From Candidatus Methanomethylicia archaeon (GTDB lineage Archaea; Thermoproteota; Methanomethylicia; CALHIW01): a DNA stretch of 64,000 bases. Shown here piece by piece: positions 63,587 to 64,000 of this stretch (position 1 is its first letter; each line of letters starts with the position of its first letter). The translations under genes were made by a program, and so were the position numbers. The stretch is from assembly GCA_038845975.1 (NCBI GenBank), contig JAWBQF010000007.1, forward strand, positions 1 through 64,000, in the 5' to 3' direction. The notes beneath the pieces were generated by a model. The model was not told the origin of the DNA, searched no databases, and was given only the letters and a program-made list of their open reading frames with translations.

Positions 63587-64000
63587 GATACTGTCAAGTT
63601 ATTTTTAGGGAGCTTTGAGAAGCCGCTTTTGGAGGTGATCACCATTAGGTGGCTTCTCAAAGCCCTTGAGAATAGTGGTTTGTTAGGATTAATAGGTTTT
63701 CGCTCCAGGGTTAGGGCTGTTCTGCTATATGGCTGGCCTAAGCTATAGGGAAGTAACCTATGTTCTGAGAGTTATTTCATGTAGCTACGAGGCTGTAAGG
63801 CTTTGGTTAGAAGCTGGAATGCGTGACCGTTAACGTTGGGGTTAAGCCTAGGTGTATGGTAGCCGTTGATGAGGCTAAGATTAAGGCTAATGGGGAATGA
63901 TGATACGTATGGGCTGCTATAGATGTTGATACGCGTAACGTATGGGTTTCATGGCGGAGGAACATCCTACATGAAGCCTTTCTGAGGAAGGTTCTGGAAG
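63587..64000 (+). mobile_element. IS6-family element with inactivated transposase; runs off the window edge
   Basis: GATACTGTCAAGTT end; MVAVDEAKIKANGE**YVWAAIDVDTR with in-frame TGATGA. Confidence 0.8.

Overview
AT-rich archaeal chromosomal window. The gene content (form III RuBisCO, Hjc, mevalonate kinase, CofC/CofE, MptN/CitG-like, leaderless TATA promoters) suggests an anaerobic, probably TACK/Thermoproteota-type archaeon; this is an inference. The first ~21.5 kb is a membrane electron-transport island. It holds a Tat-exported Cys-type formate dehydrogenase (alpha, beta, FdhE), three polyferredoxin subunits, two NrfD/HybB-family membrane subunits and a NarI-type cytochrome b plus HdrD-like CCG protein. 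Interleaved with these are two paralogous 2-TM microproteins, a stand-alone CDC48-N-like barrel and a membrane-tethered ribbon-helix-helix regulator, which has a second paralog at 39 kb beside heme O synthase and near a presenilin-like protease. The rest is mostly housekeeping and cofactor genes, a decaying pst operon whose divergent promoter appears deleted, and many IS6/IS5/IS200 relics. Features missing from the ORF track include a 28-aa Glu/Trp repeat peptide with its own promoter and SD, a box C/D sRNA candidate, an exact 47-bp intergenic copy of phoU coding sequence, and a tandem palindromic operator. No CRISPR array, rRNA or tRNA was seen.
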